Assembly: GCF_009914755.1 (NCBI RefSeq)
Contig: NC_060929.1
Length of the DNA stretch: 64,000 bases
Source: the human T2T-CHM13v2.0 reference genome, Homo sapiens
Reading direction: 5' to 3' (one strand)
Part shown: positions 57,585 through 64,000 of the stretch, piece by piece
How positions within the stretch are numbered: the first letter of the stretch is position 1
How the letters are laid out: each line of letters starts with the position of its first letter
Translations under genes and position numbers: made by a program
The notes under the pieces: generated by a model
What the model was told of the DNA's origin: nothing
Databases searched by the model: none
What the model saw: the letters and a program-made list of their open reading frames with translations, nothing else

Positions 57585-60500
57585 TAATCCCCAGCCCATT
57601 TCCCCATAATGATATCCTCATTCCATCTCCCTGAGCTTCATTGAGAGGCTCGGCGGCAGGATAGGGACATTTATTCATGGGTCCGGAATGAGCTGGCAGA
57701 TCAGATTTGGTCGGTATTCTATCAAGCTTTTCCGTCCAAGGACAAGATTAAAATGCAGTTTCTGGCTGTGTATTTGCTTAGCCTCTTTCTCAAGAATCTA
57801 AGAACCCCACATCTCTACCTAATGATTCCCTAAAAATGTGTTCCCAGGGCCCACCCGTCCCACCTGTCCCACTCTCTCACCCACTCTTGTCTAGTACTTC
57901 ATCTTCTGGGCTGACTCTGCGGATCTACATTATCTAGAAAACGCCGGCCCTGCTGGGTGTCACACTTGTCCACACACCAAATCTGATAGCAGATGGAGTT
58001 AGGGACGTGTTGCTCAGGAGGGACCTGTGGATCTGTGAGGGAATAGGACACTGGCCTCAGCATGGAGGGCGCCAGAACCTCTGTGAAACACGAGAGCCAT
58101 TGGCCAAATATTGTCATTGAATATTTCGTCAAACTTGGACAATGAGGTCCATTTCCCGGGCCTGGTCACACTGGGAGCTCTGGCAGTGGAAGAAGCACCA
58201 GTTGCCACAATTGGCTCCCGGTACTGCTCAGTGACATTACCCTGTTTAGGAAGGTTGGTCTTTAAGTCCCATCAAGGCTGCCTGAGCCGTTCCCTCAGGC
58301 CTCACCCCCTGTCCTCTCTGCCCCACATCCTCAGTTTTACCTCTAACTGAGCTTCTCACCCTCCTCTCTCCCCCAGTGCATCTACCTCTTATTCCTACCA
58401 TATCCTGCCTTAAAATGGGTACTTAAAAGGCAGCAGATTCCAAACTGCCTTTCCTTAAGATCCTTAGGGATGTTTCCCTTCCTTTACCCATTAATACCCT
58501 AATCCCCACAGAATAAAGCCCACACCCTCTAGCCAGCATCCCCGGCCCTCCCGGCTCCAGCCTTCTGAAGAATGTCTCAGCCATCCTCTCCAACTCTCCC
58601 CGCCTTACCTCTTCTCCACCATCCCCGCAGCCCACCTGAATGGCATTGCCTCTGTGGGTGTCCTTCGGGCATTTTTTTTCTTTCTGCTACTTCTCTGCAC
58701 AGTCACAACCCTGCCTCTCAACACCTTCTAAACTCTTACTGATCCTGCGAAGCCCATCCAAATGCCATGTCACCTAGAAGGTCTTTTCTCCCCATTCCTG
58801 TTATTTGATGTCTAAGGTATGACTATTATCTACTGCCTTGCTTTATACTCATTTCTGTGCATTTTTCATCTTCCTCATCTGCATCTAATGATGATGATGA
58901 TGATGATTATAATGACTGACTTTAGATATTTACTACATATCAGGCATATGACACCTATTTTCTATGTATTAGTTCATGCAGTCTTTTTAAACTACAACTC
59001 TGTGAAGTAGGTAACATTATCTTATCTTACCCACTTTAAAGATGAAAAGAAACTGAGACTTAGAAAGCTGACGTCATCTGCTGAAAGTCACAATCAAGAA
59101 AGTAGCAGAACAAAGGCTGCAGCAAGCAGGTCACTGCGATTCCTAAACCCATGCTGCAACCCGTACTATCCAGCCACCAGTATCTCCCAGTAATACTGGC
59201 TGATTGGTATCTGCTAGAGCAGTGCTTTCCCTAAATATGTCCATGAAGCACTGATCCAACAAGATGCTCCAGGGAAGAGGGTTTCAAGGTTAAATACCTT
59301 TGGAAATCACTGCATATTGGAACCCATCTTAGAGATTCCCAGTGCATATTAATAGAGTCAAGGCACTGAGACATTCCATGGCAAACAGATCTGTCATTTC
59401 TTAAATTTATTTGTGCAAGAAACATCTATTGGATTTTCCATCCTATTAATCTCACATGGGAGAAAGTTGTTCTGAGAGGAATAAGAGACTAGTTTGCTAT
59501 GATGATATCACTGTGAGAGGTAGCATTATAGGGACTCTAGTGCCAGAAGGGCTAGTGGCCAGCTGCCTTTTTGTGAAGAGCCTGTAAAGAAATCTGGCTG
59601 AGTAGGTCAAATGGAGAAAGAGGCCGTATCTGAGCAGTTGGGATAGGGGGAGTGGAAGGTGAAAGCTTGGATTGAGTGTTTGAAGGCAGCTTGGAATTTG
59701 CTGCCTTTTAAGTGGGAGCAAGGTCTGTGCAGCTTGGGACCACGTAAAGGGCACACGCCATGAGACGAAGGGCAGTTTACTTACCCTCAGACCCACTTCT
59801 GAGGCCAGCGGGTGCCTTAGAAGAGTTCCTGGGAACAGGTGTGCAAAAGAAACACACCAAGTGCCTGATGGTGTACAATGTCCCAAAAAGAAATAAGACC
59901 TGGTCGTTGCCTGGATTGTGACCTGACAGATGTTTGGCAGCCTCAGAGAGTTTCACTCTAGTGTGATTTTCCTTCCCTAAAGGATTCTCGTATCTTGGTT
60001 TCTCTGTGGCATGCACCCACCTGTTTTCTCCGTATAGAGTCATTCCTTGGGCTCCTCACTCCAGTGTGCATTCATTCTGAGCATGTTCCCTAATCACTTC
60101 TCCTCGCAGCTCCCTTATCAAAAAAGACAGGACAATCAGGCTGACTAATGAGGCAGATGCCCATGTGAAAACCAGCTGGCGTGCTTCATAGGAGCTCAGC
60201 TCGGGGATACGCCGGCCCAGGCATGGTTTTTGGTTCAGGGTAAGCAGTCATGGAAGGTGTCTCCAGGAAAGGGAGGTGAATCCCTGCTGAATCCCAAGCA
60301 GCCTTGATGGCCAGAACGAGAGTGAACCCCAATACTGGGGTCTAGAATCCAGGAGGGCTGGTGTGCAAAGTGGCATTAGTACATGATGCCAAAATAATCC
60401 CATGAGAGAAGAACCAGGTCCCCAGAAGACCACATTGTTCCCTCTCTAAAATGTGGGTTGCTTAAGGGAAATAGCAGAGCCAAGAGGAAACTGAGCAGGG

Positions 60501-62797
60501 GCTTTGCTCCCAGGTCATACCAAACCCTCTGGCCTGATGCCAGTTTCTTGAAGTTCTCTAGCTCTTATGCCTTTGTATGGGCTCTTCCTTTTATATCTTT
60601 GCCTGAAGAGATCCTAGACACCCTTCAGCTGAGGCTTTACTTTTTGGGAAAGGCTTTCCTGCCTCCTGGGGCAGTGGTTCATCTGGGTACAAGAGACAAA
60701 GATTTTCTCAAGCCAAGTATACATAGGCTGGAACTAGGACAGGAAGGTGTTAGACTCTCAGTGGCTCACGGTTCTGGGGGCTGAACAAGAGGCAACCCCA
60801 GGGCAATCTCTTTCTCTGCTCTGGGTTTCTTTTATAAGCTCTGTGCCAGATTTCCCTGTCTCACCTCTCACCCAAATTTCATAGACAGCTGATGGGTTTG
60901 ACTGATGACATTTATCCCTCATGAGTGTAGCACTTCATCCCAGACCATCTCGGGGGTCTCTGTCCATTGTCTAGGACTGGATGTCCCACCCCTGGTACAC
61001 CACATGATTCCCTTGGTGGGGTTGTGGAAGGACAGTTTCAGCAAGAGGGCCTTAGGTGGACCCCATTGTGGCCGGCTTGGCCAGGACACATGCTAGTCAG
61101 AATGAAACGTATCCTATCCTGCCTGGATTGAGCGGTCATCACACTTGTCCCACACAGCACAATTACCTGCTCATAGGTCTGTGTTCCACAGCAGACTGTG
61201 AGCTCTTGAGGGCCAAAGCTGGTCTCTCAGTCCTGAACTCCCAGTCCCTGTCAAGTGCCTGAGATGCACGTGGTGGGCACAATGTCAGTGTTCCCAGAAT
61301 GAATGGATGGAGGCATTTAGACCCCCATCCCATGTCATTCAGGGGAACCACATCGGCACAGGGAGGTGCATTCCAGCAAATGTTTTTATAAACTAGAATA
61401 ATGGGGGTTGCTAATGACTGCTTGAGTAATCCCCTTGCCCCGAGTACACCAGCTGTCTTGCTGGCCAATTCTTTGTGGAAAGAGGGGATGTAGGTGTTCT
61501 GGATGCTATTGGTGGGAATGAGTGGGAGTCCTGGGGTATAGAGACCTTGGAGACTGGTTGGCTAGATGCAGATTGTAGAACAGGACTGTGTACCAGTCAG
61601 CATGGGGATCTGAGCCCTCAGCAGGCAGGAGATCCCAGAGAGAATTCTTCTCTCAGAGAAAGAAGAGGGGATAGCATCTGACAGCAGCACCTAGAACAGT
61701 GCCTGAACACCGTAGGAGCTCAATCTTTGCTCATTGAATTAATTAATAGACGGAGATAGCCATGTTAGCAGATTCCACTGAGACTGCATCTTGGCGTGGA
61801 GTAAGCTGGTGATTTAAATTGTTTAGAACATAATGTGGAAAAGATTACATCAATTCAATAAATCTGTACTGAGTGCTTGCTGCGTTCTCGGTACTGTTGT
61901 TTGGATTCAGATAGACCTACTTCTTATAAGCTGAATCAATGTGGGTAAGTTATTTAACCTCTCTCAGCCTCAGCTTCTTCATCTGTAAAGTGGGTATCCA
62001 ACTGCCATTAGAGGTTCCCATCCCAAGCTCTTTTGGGGGATGAATTGGAACGATTAGAGACAACTCAAAATTAGAAAGCCGCGCTGACTTCCAGACACCC
62101 CTTCTCACGTGACATTCTCTTTTCCAGGTTCCTCCCAACTCTACTTCTTTCCACCCAGGATAACTGGCATTTCATAACAGAGGAGGTCAAAGGCAGACTT
62201 ACTGGTGTTGATGTCATCCTTGTCATCTTCCTGACATCCAGGCCTCTAATAACATCTCTGCTCTTCCCATGTCAATGTCAGCACCAGACGTGTGAGGAAG
62301 AGCAATCACTCCCCAAATCTCATACTTCTACAGGGCTGGACTCCAATCAGAAAACATTCTAGGAGAACAAGATGATAAAAATAGCCAAGATATTCTAAAG
62401 CAGCCAGGAGAGGCAAGAGAAGCAATGCAGGGAAGGCATGAAGCAAACACGAGGCCCATATCAGGCCAGTCTCCTGGAAGAGGGAGGCCCAGGCAGAAGG
62501 TTTGGGCTCCTGGAGTCCACTCCTCCTTTCTCGATTAGAGCTTCTCAAGATTTGTATTGGGCCTCTGTAGAATCTGACTTCTGTAGTGGCTCAATACAAA
62601 TCTGTGGATACTCATTAGCAAACATCCACCTCGCAGCAGTGGGGTAAGGAGTCAATGATGTGATGCAGTCATGTAGCTGTGGATGAAAATGGAAGTAATT
62701 TGGAGAAGCCAGAGCTACATCCTCAACTCTGGATGGTGACAGTGTTGGGGGTAAGGACTGTTGCAGCATCATGATGGAGTGTATGTTTGGGAGAGCC

Positions 62798-62849
62798 TTT
62801 TTTTTTTTTTTTTTTTTTGAGACAGAGTCTTACACTCTGTCACCCAAGG
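62798..62849 (-). mobile_element. Very short Alu 3' remnant (T21 plus about 30 nt)
   Basis: T21-GAGACAGAGTCTTACACTCTGTCACCCAAGG, joined directly to MIR sequence. Confidence 0.8.
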
Positions 62850-63668
62850 TCCTACGTTGCCTCAGCCTCCTCATTTGTAACATGGGGATGATGACATTCT
62901 TCTCCCTTGGCTGTTGTAAAGATTAAATGAGAGTATGATGCCTATGATGATGACAATGACAATAGCATGATGAGCTTTGCTAACAATTATTGAGCACTTA
63001 CTATGTGCCAAGTGCCTTATACGTGTGTTTGCCCTTTAATTTGTTACAGTACCACTATGAAGGAGATGCTATTTCAAATCTCCATTTAATAGATGAGCAC
63101 ATTAAGCCTTAGAAATGTTTATTAACTTGGCTAAGGTCACAGGGCTGGGAAAAAAGTCAAAGCAAGACTCAAACCAAGTCTATTCAATGCCACAGACTGT
63201 GAGCATAGCCATTTCTGAGCACAGTACTGACCCTGGGATATGCCTGACTGAGACCTTACCCCTCCAGCTCACCCCAAGGGCTCAGGCATGGTGGTATGGT
63301 ATCATTTGTCTCACACACTCCCTGGAACCCTGTAATTTCCCTCCTGGCAGGCTCTTTTGTGATCCTGAGACAAGTGCTTATTTACCTCAACCACTTCTGT
63401 GCTCCAAAGAAAAGTTCAGCTCACCAGGAAGAATCATGCCAGCATTTCCCAGTGAACCACTCAGACAAGAAAAAATGCACTTTTCTCCCCCTGCGCTGCT
63501 TTCTAGTAACATTCGGCAGTAATAACAATAACATTAGTGGTGATGACAAGTCGAGGGACACAGCACACACTTAATGTTAGGCACTTTGCTAGTGCTTTAC
63601 ATATAAAATCTCTGTGCCCTATAGCTACTCCACACTGTAGGTACTACTGTTATGCCCATTGTATTGAT

Positions 63669-63892
63669 AAGGGGTAGACAAACTCTGGCCCACAGACCAA
63701 ATCCATCCTTCCACCTGCTTTTGTAAATAAACTTTTATTGGACTACAGCCATGCCAATTTGTGTATGTGTTGTCTAGGGCTGGTTTTGTGCTACAGCAGC
63801 AGAGTTCAGTAGTTGTCACAGAGACCATCTGGCCTCCAAAGCCTAAATTATTTACTGTCTGGCCCTTTACAGGAAATGTTTGCCAGTCCCTG
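63669..63892. mobile_element. MER58A (hAT-Charlie)
   Basis: AGGGGTAGACAAACTCTGGCCC...TTTTGTAAATAAACTTTTATTGG...TTTACTGTCTGGCCCTTTACAGGAAATGTTTGCCAGTCCCTG. Confidence 0.88.
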
Positions 63893-64000
63893 ATCTAAAT
63901 CCTGACCCTGAGGATTAGAAAGACCTACCAGCTTTCCCAAGATGGCAGAGGGAAGCGGTGAGGGATTTAAAGCCAGACAGCCGCACAGCAGACTCATTGT

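Overview
Human (hominid) genomic DNA, mostly intronic and rich in repeats; it is not prokaryotic. The + strand carries six internal coding exons of DOCK2 (Rac GEF of the DOCK-A family; probably exons 28-33): 21503-21601, 24265-24359, 34534-34612, 46936-47036, 47127-47185 and 57400-57548. They splice with canonical AG/GT sites and consistent phases into one ORF ([19 protein letters not shown]...[24 protein letters not shown]...[17 protein letters not shown]). A probable non-coding first exon/promoter of the nested antisense gene INSYN2B (FAM196B) lies near 18.7-18.9 kb on the - strand. The rest is Alu, L1, L2, MIR, MLT/LTR and DNA-transposon fossils and microsatellites. The most notable items are a 960-bp antisense solo LTR5_Hs (HERV-K HML-2), a young twin-primed (5'-inverted) L1, two short dispersed local duplications, a 57-bp minisatellite dense in TCF/SOX/POU-like motifs, and possible NMD-coupled splicing options. 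I found no convincing previously undescribed system. Gene names, exon numbers and repeat subfamilies come from recognition and recall, not database searches.
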